DNA from: Patescibacteria group bacterium
GTDB lineage: Bacteria; Patescibacteriota; Microgenomatia; UBA10105; UBA927
DNA: 64,000 bases
Assembly: GCA_035510735.1 (NCBI GenBank)
Contig: DATKGN010000006.1
Span: 65,429 to 129,428, forward strand
Direction of reading: 5' to 3'
Shown here: one piece after another, positions 29,969 through 38,616 of the stretch
Layout: every line of letters starts with the position of its first letter
Numbering within the stretch: the stretch's first letter is position 1
Notes under the pieces: model-generated
What the model saw: the letters and a program-made list of their open reading frames with translations, nothing else
Told to the model about the DNA's origin: nothing
The model's database searches: none
Program-made: the position numbers and the translations under genes

Positions 29969-32326
29969 GTGAAGAAAATTCTCCCATTTATTACTCTTAT
30001 ACTGTCATATTTAATAACTGTTTCTCCAGTTTTTGCTATTTCAACATTTACTAGATACCCTCAAAATCCAATTCTCCAATCTATCGGATTAAACCCCGTA
30101 ATCATAAATAAAGACGGTCAATATAAAATGTGGTACAACGTAAATTATGGTCAAGGCTGGAGAATAAACTACGCTTATTCAGAAAATGGAATTAACAATT
30201 GGACAATACCATATCAACAAATTATACCCGTTGGGTCCCCAGATGGGTTTGAAAAAGACATGGCGGATTTTTATGTACTATTTAACACTTCACTCAACGA
30301 ATATCAAATGTGGTATTCCGCTATTAGTCAAAACTGGCAAAGCGGACCAGATCGTTTTAGGTTGGGTTATGCAACATCGATTGACGGAATAAATTGGACT
30401 AAAAGTGCTGATTGGGCTTTAAAAGGAACTTTAGGTTCATGGGATAGCGGAGGGATGGCGAGAGGTGTTTCAGTTGTTTTTAAAGATAATAAATACCAAA
30501 TGTGGTATTCAGCCACAGATGACGGCTTTAATTGGAAAATAGGCTATGCAACCTCGTCTGATGGTGCAAGCTGGACAAAACAAAATACACTTAATCCAAT
30601 AATAATCCCAAGTGAACCTTGGGAACTAAACGGCGTTAGCTATCCAAACGTAATTTACAATAGCGGATTATATGAAATGTTCTATGCAGCAAGTCCAACT
30701 GAAATGCCTTCCCAACTTATTTATGCCACATCTATTGATGGTATAAATTGGAATAAGTCTTACAATAATCCAATTGTTAAAGGAATAGATACCTATGACA
30801 ATACTTTTATAAGTACACCATTCGCAATGCGATTAGAAAATGGCACTACTCTATTATGGTACACCGGAAACGGATATTATATTTTGCTCGATACCGACGG
30901 TCCGATACCCACCGCCATCCCCACTCCCACCCCTACTCCCACTCCCACCTCTCCCCCCAATCCCACACCATCCCCATCACCCACACCGACTCCAACCCCC
31001 ACGCCAACGCCGACGCCAATCCCACAAACGACAAAACAAGTTATTGTCATCCCGGGAATGACAGCGGGTTGGAATGCAAAAGATATAGTCTTTTGTACAG
31101 CCACACCGAATGCATCATGGTCTCTCATTGATCCGGCTAATGACGTTTATAACCCTATTCTTCAACGATTAAAAAACGACGGCTGGCAGGCAACATTATT
31201 TCCGTACGACTGGCGAAAGCGCGTTTCAGATAACGCTAGTCTTTTGAAATCGTTCATCGATTCTCATGTAAAACCCGGAGAAAAAGTCGACGTTGTTGCC
31301 CACAGTATGGGCGGGCTCGTCGCAAGAAGTTATTTGGAACAGGAAACAACAAATAATAAGATTGACAAACTCATAACCGTGGGGACGCCACACAAGGGAT
31401 CTGTAGATTCATATCCCACATGGTCAGCTGGAGTACCCCCAGAAGACGGCGGTCCGCTATGGAAATTCTATGTATTAGCGATTGAAAAGTTGTGCTGGAC
31501 AAAAACACGAAATGACCGGATTGCCATCCAAACATATTTTCCTTCAATTCAGGATTTACTCCCGACATTTGATTATTTAATAGATAATCAAACCAACAAA
31601 TCAAAACCAGTACAATTAATGACAGCCAAAAACCAGTGGTTATTAAATTCGACGTTCGCTCCTCCATATTATGGCACCACAATGGGTACACTTTCAGGCA
31701 CCGGTCAAAATACGGAGCAGACATTCAGGGTTGAACCTCCAAGCCAAACAGACAAGCAATTAGGCAATTGGCAGGACGGCAAACCGGTTAAAATCATAAC
31801 AACAACAAATGGTGACAACAGGGTTCTCCTAGCAAGCAGTACGCTACCTCAAGCCAATAACTTGGGACCAATTGACGAGGATCACACAAATCTTATATCG
31901 TCCCGCGATAGCATAAACATAATTATGGACTTTCTAAGAGGCCCCAAAATGGCGCAGGCAATGATGCTTACGACTCCGCTGACCCAAACCACTCCGAAGT
32001 CGCACAAACAAGAGTCTACATCTCCTACTTCAGGACTCTTTATAGTTGGCTATCCGGCAACACTTTGGGTTATCGATCCTCACGGCAAATTTTACAAAGA
32101 CACGGACGGTTTGGTTTCGATCATGGACCCCAAAGCCGGCCTTTATAAACTTATTTTCTGGCCGAAAGAAAAGGAAACTAAATTAATTGTCGCCCAGATG
32201 CTTGCTGATAACAAAAATTATTGGAAGGAATATGATTTCACGACACGCTTCCCACAATTCCATGCGCCACAAATTCATTTTTTGATGTTCGACAACAAGC
32301 ATCCGAAAGAAGATATCCTCCATTAA
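29969..32326 (+). CDS. Secreted multidomain protein: signal peptide, beta-propeller (glycoside-hydrolase-like repeats), Pro/Thr linker, alpha/beta-hydrolase lipase/esterase domain
   Basis: Signal peptide MKKILPFITLILSYLITVSPVFA. Four repeats of the form (Q/Y)MWY(S/N)...IGYATS.DG.NWTK. A PTPTPT linker. A GxSxG nucleophile elbow VVAHSMGGLVARSYL of the PGAP1/LCAT-like type. Confidence 0.8.
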   Translation: MKKILPFITLILSYLITVSPVFAISTFTRYPQNPILQSIGLNPVIINKDGQYKMWYNVNYGQGWRINYAYSENGINNWTIPYQQIIPVGSPDGFEKDMADFYVLFNTSLNEYQMWYSAISQNWQSGPDRFRLGYATSIDGINWTKSADWALKGTLGSWDSGGMARGVSVVFKDNKYQMWYSATDDGFNWKIGYATSSDGASWTKQNTLNPIIIPSEPWELNGVSYPNVIYNSGLYEMFYAASPTEMPSQLIYATSIDGINWNKSYNNPIVKGIDTYDNTFISTPFAMRLENGTTLLWYTGNGYYILLDTDGPIPTAIPTPTPTPTPTSPPNPTPSPSPTPTPTPTPTPTPIPQTTKQVIVIPGMTAGWNAKDIVFCTATPNASWSLIDPANDVYNPILQRLKNDGWQATLFPYDWRKRVSDNASLLKSFIDSHVKPGEKVDVVAHSMGGLVARSYLEQETTNNKIDKLITVGTPHKGSVDSYPTWSAGVPPEDGGPLWKFYVLAIEKLCWTKTRNDRIAIQTYFPSIQDLLPTFDYLIDNQTNKSKPVQLMTAKNQWLLNSTFAPPYYGTTMGTLSGTGQNTEQTFRVEPPSQTDKQLGNWQDGKPVKIITTTNGDNRVLLASSTLPQANNLGPIDEDHTNLISSRDSINIIMDFLRGPKMAQAMMLTTPLTQTTPKSHKQESTSPTSGLFIVGYPATLWVIDPHGKFYKDTDGLVSIMDPKAGLYKLIFWPKEKETKLIVAQMLADNKNYWKEYDFTTRFPQFHAPQIHFLMFDNKHPKEDILH
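30898..31030 (+). repeat. Low-complexity CCN/ACN codon repeat encoding the (PT)n linker
   Basis: cccactcccacccctactcccactccc..., read directly. Confidence 0.8.
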
Positions 32327-32331
32327 ATTCT

Positions 32332-32682
32332 CTATTCTCCTGGATTTCCTATAATAGTTAACATAAATTGAGGAATATTATTTGTTATAGAAAATATAGT
32401 AACAGACAAAAACGATAATACTAGTGATAGTGGACCCATAAAAATAAAAACCCAATAGTTTAACTTACGTTGAAGTATAAAACAAAATATTACATATAGT
32501 AGCAACAGTAAAACATAATAAACAGCAGAAATTTTTGCATACATGTAAGAATATACTGCAATCAAAATGACCAATGAAACTAAAATATTGTCTGATTCGA
32601 AATAATTAGGATAATGGAAAATAAACCATGGAGTTTTTATTAATAAAAATATTATGATCGGCCAGACAAACAGTTTCCACAT
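32332..32682 (-). CDS. Small hypothetical membrane protein (116 aa, 3-4 TM)
   Basis: Hydrophobic ORF; no other support. Confidence 0.4.
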   Translation of the reverse strand: MWKLFVWPIIIFLLIKTPWFIFHYPNYFESDNILVSLVILIAVYSYMYAKISAVYYVLLLLLYVIFCFILQRKLNYWVFIFMGPLSLVLSFLSVTIFSITNNIPQFMLTIIGNPGE

Positions 32683-32791
32683 AAATAACCGAACTTATGG
32701 ACGTTTCAATGTCTATTATATGCCCTTTTTGTTGTCAAGGTGAAAAACTGGGATCGCATCTCTGAAGACATATTGCATTAACACAAATCTA

Positions 32792-32812
32792 TGAGCGGTA
32801 TAGGAATCGGAC
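32792..32812 (-). repeat. Copy of the 3'-terminal 21 nt of tRNA-Val (20/21 identical to 33898-33918)
   Basis: gcggtataggaatcggac is identical at 32795-32812 and 33901-33918. Flanking bases diverge. Confidence 0.7.
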
Positions 32813-32818
32813 TCAGGT

Positions 32819-33778
32819 TTAAAACATAAATGCCGCTACCTCTTGTTCGTTTAATGGCCCCTGCATAGCATCAGGACTATCTGTTCCGGGGACCACATCA
32901 TAGGCATCTAACTTTATATGTATAGGTACGGCATACCGAAGTTCATCTGTTGCCGATGAATAATGCACAAATACGGGTTTTGGTTCCAAACATAATGTCG
33001 TGACCTCAACATGTCCGTCATCTCGTTTCGCTACTTTCCTCATTACCAATGAGTTTACATCGTTTGATACATCTCTATCATATAAAACAAGATAAGAAAC
33101 CGATGGTAATACAAGCTCAGTATGATAATGACTTTCCGTTACCTGAAAATGACCGTAGCTGTTGTAAAATCCCCTATCGCTACCGCGAAATACGAAATTT
33201 GGATGTAAGATTAAGTAGCTTTCTTTCCCTGGGTTTTCTTCTACAAACGGAATTTCATTTCGCAAACCTACACACGCGTTGTTAGGATATTTTTTTCGCA
33301 ACTTCTTTTCCTCGGACGAATCGTTATAACGTGCCTTCAGATACTTAATGGTTCCCGTGTCAACAAATATTGCGCGTAATGCTGACATCCGCAGCCTTTT
33401 GGCATCAGGATGGTCAAATTTCGAATACCGGTTTTCTCTATCAACTTTATACACAGAAGGGCTTGCAATATGCCAAAAAATCTGGTCTATGAGAATCGAC
33501 TGTGTGACGGGAATAATTTCCGCGTTCGTAAGCATTTCCCTGCCACTCACTAAACCGAGATTATCGCGCACAAATGCGTCAGCGTTTTCAAATATCTCAA
33601 GCCATTGGTTTCCTTTTTCCAGATATTCACCAATATCGCGTTTGTCTAAGTGTCGTGGCAAAAATCCGGACGTAACCATTCGGAATATCTCTTTCGTGAG
33701 CCTCCCCCGATCAAATCCGGCAGATAATGAGTCTATAAACTCTCCTTGTTCTTTTCCAGACGGCAATCCAGTATACAT
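32819..33778 (-). CDS. Hypothetical protein (319 aa), no recognisable motifs
   Basis: Long non-repetitive ORF bounded exactly by tRNA-Val and the tRNA 3'-fragment copy. Confidence 0.55.
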   Translation of the reverse strand: MYTGLPSGKEQGEFIDSLSAGFDRGRLTKEIFRMVTSGFLPRHLDKRDIGEYLEKGNQWLEIFENADAFVRDNLGLVSGREMLTNAEIIPVTQSILIDQIFWHIASPSVYKVDRENRYSKFDHPDAKRLRMSALRAIFVDTGTIKYLKARYNDSSEEKKLRKKYPNNACVGLRNEIPFVEENPGKESYLILHPNFVFRGSDRGFYNSYGHFQVTESHYHTELVLPSVSYLVLYDRDVSNDVNSLVMRKVAKRDDGHVEVTTLCLEPKPVFVHYSSATDELRYAVPIHIKLDAYDVVPGTDSPDAMQGPLNEQEVAAFMF

Positions 33779-33897
33779 AGAGATCGTATTATATCCTATA
33801 GGTCATAATTTATCTAATGTACGTTCCTGGTAAATCGTATGATCTGAAGCGAATGCGGCGTGAGAGTGGTAGGACAATAATATTCTTAGACGTATTG

Positions 33898-33970
33898 TGG
33901 GCGGTATAGGAATCGGACCTATGACCTTTTCAATGTCAATGAAACGCTCTACCAGCTGAGCTAACCGCCC
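33898..33970 (-). tRNA. tRNA-Val (anticodon GAC), CCA not encoded
   Basis: Reverse complement folds as GGGCGGT-TA-GCTCAGCTGGTAGAGC-G-TTTCA-TTGACAT-TGAAA-AGGTC-ATAGGTCCGATTCCTAT-ACCGCCC-A. Confidence 0.9.
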
Positions 33971-33973
33971 TAT
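33958..33973. repeat. 16-bp direct repeat copy 1 (gagctaaccgccctat), spanning the tRNA-Val 5' end and the GIY-YIG stop codon
   Basis: Identical 16-mer at 34288-34303. Confidence 0.7.
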
Positions 33974-34209
33974 ATTCTATTTTTCAAAAATCCTCTACCA
34001 AAACCCGTCTTAAAGTATTTTTCCCTAAGCTGAGCCTTCTTTTTAGTCACACATGCTTCGTAATATACAAGCTCTAAAGGTTTTCTATGTTTGGTAGCTT
34101 CAACATCTCCAGAATTATGTTCTTTTAATCGTCTCTTCAAGTCCGATGTTGAACCAACGTATAATCTCTTATTCTTAGTACTCTTTAAAACATACGTATA
34201 ATAAAACAT
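33970..34209 (-). CDS. Small GIY-YIG nuclease-family protein (UPF0213/YhbQ-like, 79 aa)
   Basis: YTYVLKS...RLYVGSTSDLKRRLKEHN matches the GIY-YIG core. The TAG stop overlaps G1 of tRNA-Val. Confidence 0.75.
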   Translation of the reverse strand: MFYYTYVLKSTKNKRLYVGSTSDLKRRLKEHNSGDVEATKHRKPLELVYYEACVTKKKAQLREKYFKTGFGRGFLKNRI

Positions 34210-34287
34210 TAATAAATACGAGCTAGCTGCTCGACGTATAGCTTCGCAATACGCCGAGCCCGACAGTCGTGTATAGCTCGACGTCGG

Positions 34288-34303
34288 GAGCTAACCGCCC
34301 TAT
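34288..34303. repeat. 16-bp direct repeat copy 2 (gagctaaccgccctat), a duplicate of tRNA-Val 5' nt 1-13 plus 3 flanking nt
   Basis: Read directly. Followed by a dyad-symmetric element cgacgtatagc...gtatagctcgacg. Confidence 0.7.
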
Positions 34304-34367
34304 TGGATGTCCTTGACGATACATATTATATCACCTACACTGGTTTTAAAGGTATATTATATTTTCT

Positions 34368-34934
34368 ATGGATGGCCTCAAACGAATAGTCGCGGCTATT
34401 TTTGATTTTTTACAGGGAATTGTTGTCGTCCTCGCTGTTCTCGTGATGATTTACCTCTTCATCATGTCTCCGCAGGAAGTCAATGGAGCCTCAATGGAGC
34501 CGAATTTTCATAACGGCGAATATATTCTCACCAATAAAATTGAGTATAAATTCCGTGAACCCCATCGCGGCGATGTCATTATTTTCAAATCATGGTCGGA
34601 TAAAAATGTGGATTATATTAAACGGGTCATCGGTCTCCCGGGCGATACCGTACAGCTTAATAACAATGCAATGTATGTAAACGGAGAAAAATTGGATGAG
34701 AACTATCTCGCATCGGATGTCATCATATTCGGCGGATCGTTTTTGCAGGAAGGACAAACCATAACTGTGCCGCCTGATATGTATTTTGTCTGCGGAGATA
34801 ACCGTCCGCACAGCTCAGATTCTAGGGAATTCGGACCCGTCGCAAAGGATGATATCGTGGGAACCGTTATATTCCGGTACTGGCCGTTCTCACAGTTCGG
34901 GACGCTCACCCATCCGGTCTACAACATCAATTAA
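34368..34934 (+). CDS. lepB: Signal peptidase I
   Basis: Boxes SMEP, KRVIGLPGD and GDNRPHSSDSR. 188 aa. Confidence 0.85.
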   Translation: MDGLKRIVAAIFDFLQGIVVVLAVLVMIYLFIMSPQEVNGASMEPNFHNGEYILTNKIEYKFREPHRGDVIIFKSWSDKNVDYIKRVIGLPGDTVQLNNNAMYVNGEKLDENYLASDVIIFGGSFLQEGQTITVPPDMYFVCGDNRPHSSDSREFGPVAKDDIVGTVIFRYWPFSQFGTLTHPVYNIN

Positions 34935-35743
34935 TTCTTTCCCATTTTTTCGTGGATTGATTTGAGGATTTTGCTCGTGGTTTCAAGGTTACCGCGGATA
35001 ACGAATACAAGACGCGCTTCCACCTTCGATTGAGTGATTTTTACTAATCCGTTCACGGATGTCGCCAGATCCTTCGCCATGTTATCCAGCTCTTCACTAT
35101 GGATCCGTTCTACCCGGTGGATCGGTTTTTTATCGTATTGAGCCTTAAGCCTTCTCGCTAAATCCTCGGCACGCCGTACTGACGCGCTTTCTGAAAGAAT
35201 CGTCTTATAGGCCTCTACCATGAGGCGCACTTCACCAAGTCCGGCAATCGCCCGTGCGTGTCCTTCAGTAATGGCACCGGAAATCAGCCCATCTTTTATC
35301 GCATCAGGAAGAGCCAAAAGACGCGTAGTATTGGATACATAGGATTCGCTTTTCCCGACACGCTTAGCTATCTCAGAGACCGGCAATCCAAACTCTTCTA
35401 CAAGGCGCTGAAATGCCTGTGCGCGTTCAATTGGGTTCAAATCCTCCCGTTGCACGTTTTCGACAATTGCCATCTCTAGCATGCCTTTCGCGGTCGTTTC
35501 TTTGACGATAACAGGCACGGTCGTGAGTCCGGCGAGTTTCGAAGCCCTCCATCTGCGCTCTCCCGCGATAAGCTGATAACCTGCAGGTGTTTTGGCTACA
35601 ACTAAAGGCTCGATAATGCCGTGTTCTTTGATGGAATTAACGAGTTCTCCGAGACTCTCCGGTGAGATGAGCCCACGGGGCTGCAACGGATTAGCCTGGA
35701 CAACGTCAATGTCGAGATGGAGTACCTGTTGCGTATCAGCCAT
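34931..35743 (-). CDS. parB: ParB/Spo0J-family partition protein
   Basis: ParB box GERRWRAS plus an HTH. Start trimmed to MADTQQV so it does not overlap rpmA. Confidence 0.75.
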   Translation of the reverse strand: MADTQQVLHLDIDVVQANPLQPRGLISPESLGELVNSIKEHGIIEPLVVAKTPAGYQLIAGERRWRASKLAGLTTVPVIVKETTAKGMLEMAIVENVQREDLNPIERAQAFQRLVEEFGLPVSEIAKRVGKSESYVSNTTRLLALPDAIKDGLISGAITEGHARAIAGLGEVRLMVEAYKTILSESASVRRAEDLARRLKAQYDKKPIHRVERIHSEELDNMAKDLATSVNGLVKITQSKVEARLVFVIRGNLETTSKILKSIHEKMGKN

Positions 35744-35747
35744 GGAT

Positions 35748-36023
35748 TTAGGTTGTTGCGGGCAAGCCTGTCTGCGCAGGTAGAACGGATACAAACTGTT
35801 TTCCTCTGGTTATGCTGAATTTTACTTTCCCTGAAACGGTTGCAAATATCGTATAGTCACGACCCATATTCACTCCGTCGCCGGGAAATACTTTTGTCCC
35901 TTTTTGACGAACAATAATATTACCCGGAATCGCGTACTGGCCGCCATAAATTTTAATGCCCAGCCGTTTGGATACTGAATCTTTATTTCCTGCTGCTGTT
36001 CCGCCTGCCTTTACGTGTGCCAT
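35748..36023 (-). CDS. rpmA: 50S ribosomal protein L27
   Basis: MAHVKAGGTAAGNKDSVSKRLGIKIYGGQ... Confidence 0.9.
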   Translation of the reverse strand: MAHVKAGGTAAGNKDSVSKRLGIKIYGGQYAIPGNIIVRQKGTKVFPGDGVNMGRDYTIFATVSGKVKFSITRGKQFVSVLPAQTGLPATT

Positions 36024-36024
36024 A

Positions 36025-37197
36025 TTAGTTTTTCTTTTGCAAAATATAAAACTGACGTTTTACGATTGCCTGCGGCCGACTGTATTCTATCGGTCCATCC
36101 ACGATAGTATATCCGAGGTTTTCACACATGTCAACAACTTTTTTCACGAAGTACACTCTGCCCAAAACAGCATATGCGGGCAGCGCAATAACGATCCTGC
36201 CATTTTCCTTCAAAATTTTATGCCAATCACGAAGGCAGCCTATATACAGTTTTTCTAAGCCTTTGATAATATTTTTTATCTTTTGACTGTCCAACGTCTT
36301 TTGATTCGCGATGCTTGTAGCACCCATGAATGGTTCTGTAACGATGGCATCAACGGAATTTGCGACGATATGCTCCGATATATGAACGGCATCCGCCGTA
36401 ACACAAGCGCCGATTGAGCCTCTGGTGCCAGGGAATAGTTGTACCAACCAATCCAAATTCTTCTTGGCGCGGTCAACAATATCGGCTGATACATCCGACC
36501 CCATAACACTCCATGAGGTCATATATGCTTCCGCAAGGATCGTTCCCATCCCGCAAAACGGATCAAGAAGCACCGGGTGAAAATCTTGGTTTAGTGACTT
36601 CGTGTTCGTTGGGTGCGGATACGCAATATTCACAATCATCCGTGCCACCTTCGGCGGCAGCATCCCGGCTTTGGCATCTGCATAGGGCCGTCCGTAATCG
36701 CGAGTATTCCATTCTTCAAATGGCTGTACAGCCAATGTAGTCCCAACAATATAGGATTCATTGTGTTTGACCACAACGACCTCCTGTACATTTCCTTTAT
36801 CAATAACGACCGTCGAGAGCGCATTTCCATGAGCGGGCGTAACGTAGCGCGTTCGGACAGCCTGCTGTTCAAGCAACTCTTTTGTGCGCGCTGTCAGCGT
36901 TTTTACGGAGAGGTCAAAACCGTAAATGCTAAAGCCGAATGTCACTGATTTAACCCGCGTATCAATAAAAGATATAACGGACTCGGGAGTCACTTCGGAA
37001 ACCTGACCAACAACGCGTGCTATTTTAACTGCTCCGCCTAATTTACCCATCAATTGACCGGCATCGATTTTTTCCTCCGATTCTATTTGAGCAATTTCTT
37101 CGGTCAATACGTTCACATCGGGAAAAAAAGTCTGAAGCTCTCGGAGTGCCAACTGCGGCGTTCGTCCGAAGATGACAATATAGCGTTCTCTCGCCAT
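36025..37197 (-). CDS. THUMP-domain RNA methyltransferase (Trm14/RlmL-like)
   Basis: Motif I LLDPFCGMGTILAEA and motif IV-like VTEPFMG. N-terminal THUMP-like region. 390 aa. Confidence 0.7.
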   Translation of the reverse strand: MARERYIVIFGRTPQLALRELQTFFPDVNVLTEEIAQIESEEKIDAGQLMGKLGGAVKIARVVGQVSEVTPESVISFIDTRVKSVTFGFSIYGFDLSVKTLTARTKELLEQQAVRTRYVTPAHGNALSTVVIDKGNVQEVVVVKHNESYIVGTTLAVQPFEEWNTRDYGRPYADAKAGMLPPKVARMIVNIAYPHPTNTKSLNQDFHPVLLDPFCGMGTILAEAYMTSWSVMGSDVSADIVDRAKKNLDWLVQLFPGTRGSIGACVTADAVHISEHIVANSVDAIVTEPFMGATSIANQKTLDSQKIKNIIKGLEKLYIGCLRDWHKILKENGRIVIALPAYAVLGRVYFVKKVVDMCENLGYTIVDGPIEYSRPQAIVKRQFYILQKKN

Positions 37198-37200
37198 GAA

Positions 37201-37509
37201 TTAAACAATCGCAACAATTTCAAGCCGAGTAAGCTGTGCACGAAAACCCATCTGACGACGGTAGCGTACCTTCTGCTTATAACGTCGGATTTCAATTTTA
37301 TCTCCCTGTTCCTGGGCGAGAATTTTGGCCTTAACCGTTGATCCCTTCACGAGCGGTGTCCCGATATGGGTTTTTGTGCCTTCACTTGTCAATAAAACAT
37401 GGTCAAAATCTACCGTTTCGCCGGCCGATCCGTCGATTTTATCGACAAGGATAACGTCGCCAACTGTAACTTTATATTGCTTCCCTGAAATCGTAACTAT
37501 CGCTAACAT
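37201..37509 (-). CDS. rplU: 50S ribosomal protein L21
   Basis: MLAIVTISGKQYKVTVGDVILVDKIDG... Confidence 0.9.
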   Translation of the reverse strand: MLAIVTISGKQYKVTVGDVILVDKIDGSAGETVDFDHVLLTSEGTKTHIGTPLVKGSTVKAKILAQEQGDKIEIRRYKQKVRYRRQMGFRAQLTRLEIVAIV

Positions 37510-37533
37510 ATGCTCCGTATTGTATCAAGAGAT

Positions 37534-38616
37534 TTACCCGATTGCAATGGTGGACTCATCCGTTCTCCCCCGTTCCAGTGCCCATAAAAATCCGAATGCA
37601 ATCGATGAAGAAAGTATTGAACTGCCGCCGTATGAGATAAACGGCAGAGTAATACCCGTAATCGGAATAAGCCCCATATTCATGCCGGTGTTTATAAAAA
37701 TCTGAGAGAGGAGCATGGAAAAAAGCCCGAGTGAATAGACAAAAATTCCGGCCTCCTGACGGATTCCGCGAAAATACGGCTGGATAATACGGAACAGAAG
37801 CGCGATATAGCCAGCAAATACCATAATACCGCCCGCAAACCCCAACTCTTCAATAAGTGAGGCAAAAATAAAATCGGTATGATACTCCGGTAAAAACCGT
37901 AAATGACTCTGAGTCCCGCGCCCCAGACCGCGGCCGAACAACTGCCCGCTCCCGACGGCGATCATCGCCTGAAGCGCATTGTATCCCGCTCCTTTGGGAT
38001 CGATAGCGGGATTAAGGAACGTCAAAATGCGTTGTTTTTGGTATGGTAAGAGCACAAACCACGCGCCGGGGAGAAGAAGTGCCATACACAATATAACGGT
38101 TAACAAAATGGACATCGGCAACCCTCCCGCCAAAAGCATCGCCAGCCAAAAACAACTATAGACAATACTGCTGCCTAAGTCTGGTTGCTTAAAAACCAAT
38201 ATAAATGGTATGAGGAATAAAATAATATGGAGGGGTAAATTCTGAAGCTTCCTGGGGCTGTAACGAATGATAAAATAGGTAAATGCCAAGAGGAATAACG
38301 GTTTTGCAAGTTCCGACGGCTGAAATTGTGCACTCCCGAGGGCGATCCACCGAGTTGCGCCGCGGATATTCGGTCCGATATACGATAATGCCAGAAATAA
38401 TATTCCGATTACATATCCAATCGGCGCAAACCATCTGATCACGAGCGCATCAATTCGGGAACAAAGAAAAAGAAAAAGAAATCCGACAAATAAATACGCT
38501 AATTGCTGGAAGAATAAGGCTTTACTTACCGTGAGAAGTAAGAATAATCCGAAACAACCCAAATATATCAGAAGGAGTACGATTACCCAGTCGATAGTTG
38601 CAAAGAATTTCCCCAT
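37534..38616 (-). CDS. SEDS-family peptidoglycan glycosyltransferase (RodA/FtsW-like)
   Basis: 360 aa, about 10 TM helices, SEDS C-terminal motifs. A second SEDS gene lies in the dcw cluster. Confidence 0.8.
   Translation of the reverse strand: MGKFFATIDWVIVLLLIYLGCFGLFLLLTVSKALFFQQLAYLFVGFLFLFLCSRIDALVIRWFAPIGYVIGILFLALSYIGPNIRGATRWIALGSAQFQPSELAKPLFLLAFTYFIIRYSPRKLQNLPLHIILFLIPFILVFKQPDLGSSIVYSCFWLAMLLAGGLPMSILLTVILCMALLLPGAWFVLLPYQKQRILTFLNPAIDPKGAGYNALQAMIAVGSGQLFGRGLGRGTQSHLRFLPEYHTDFIFASLIEELGFAGGIMVFAGYIALLFRIIQPYFRGIRQEAGIFVYSLGLFSMLLSQIFINTGMNMGLIPITGITLPFISYGGSSILSSSIAFGFLWALERGRTDESTIAIG

Noticed and set aside
30898-31030. Regular short repeats checked as a possible CRISPR array.
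   Set aside because: Period 6-12 nt within a coding region, no spacer-like unique segments, no cas genes. It is a codon repeat.
30877-31128. Minus-strand ORF encoding (GV)n and plus-strand alternate-frame ORFs 30840-31131 rich in P/H/R.
   Set aside because: Frame-shifted readings of the low-complexity DNA that encodes the Pro/Thr linker of the 785-aa secreted protein.
33970-34209. GIY-YIG ORF as an intron-encoded or free-standing homing endonuclease interrupting tRNA-Val.
   Set aside because: The tRNA cloverleaf is intact and uninterrupted. The protein is only the ~80-aa catalytic module, typical of chromosomal YhbQ/UPF0213 proteins, with no DNA-binding extension. Mobility is left as a hypothesis supported only by the flanking 16-bp direct repeats.
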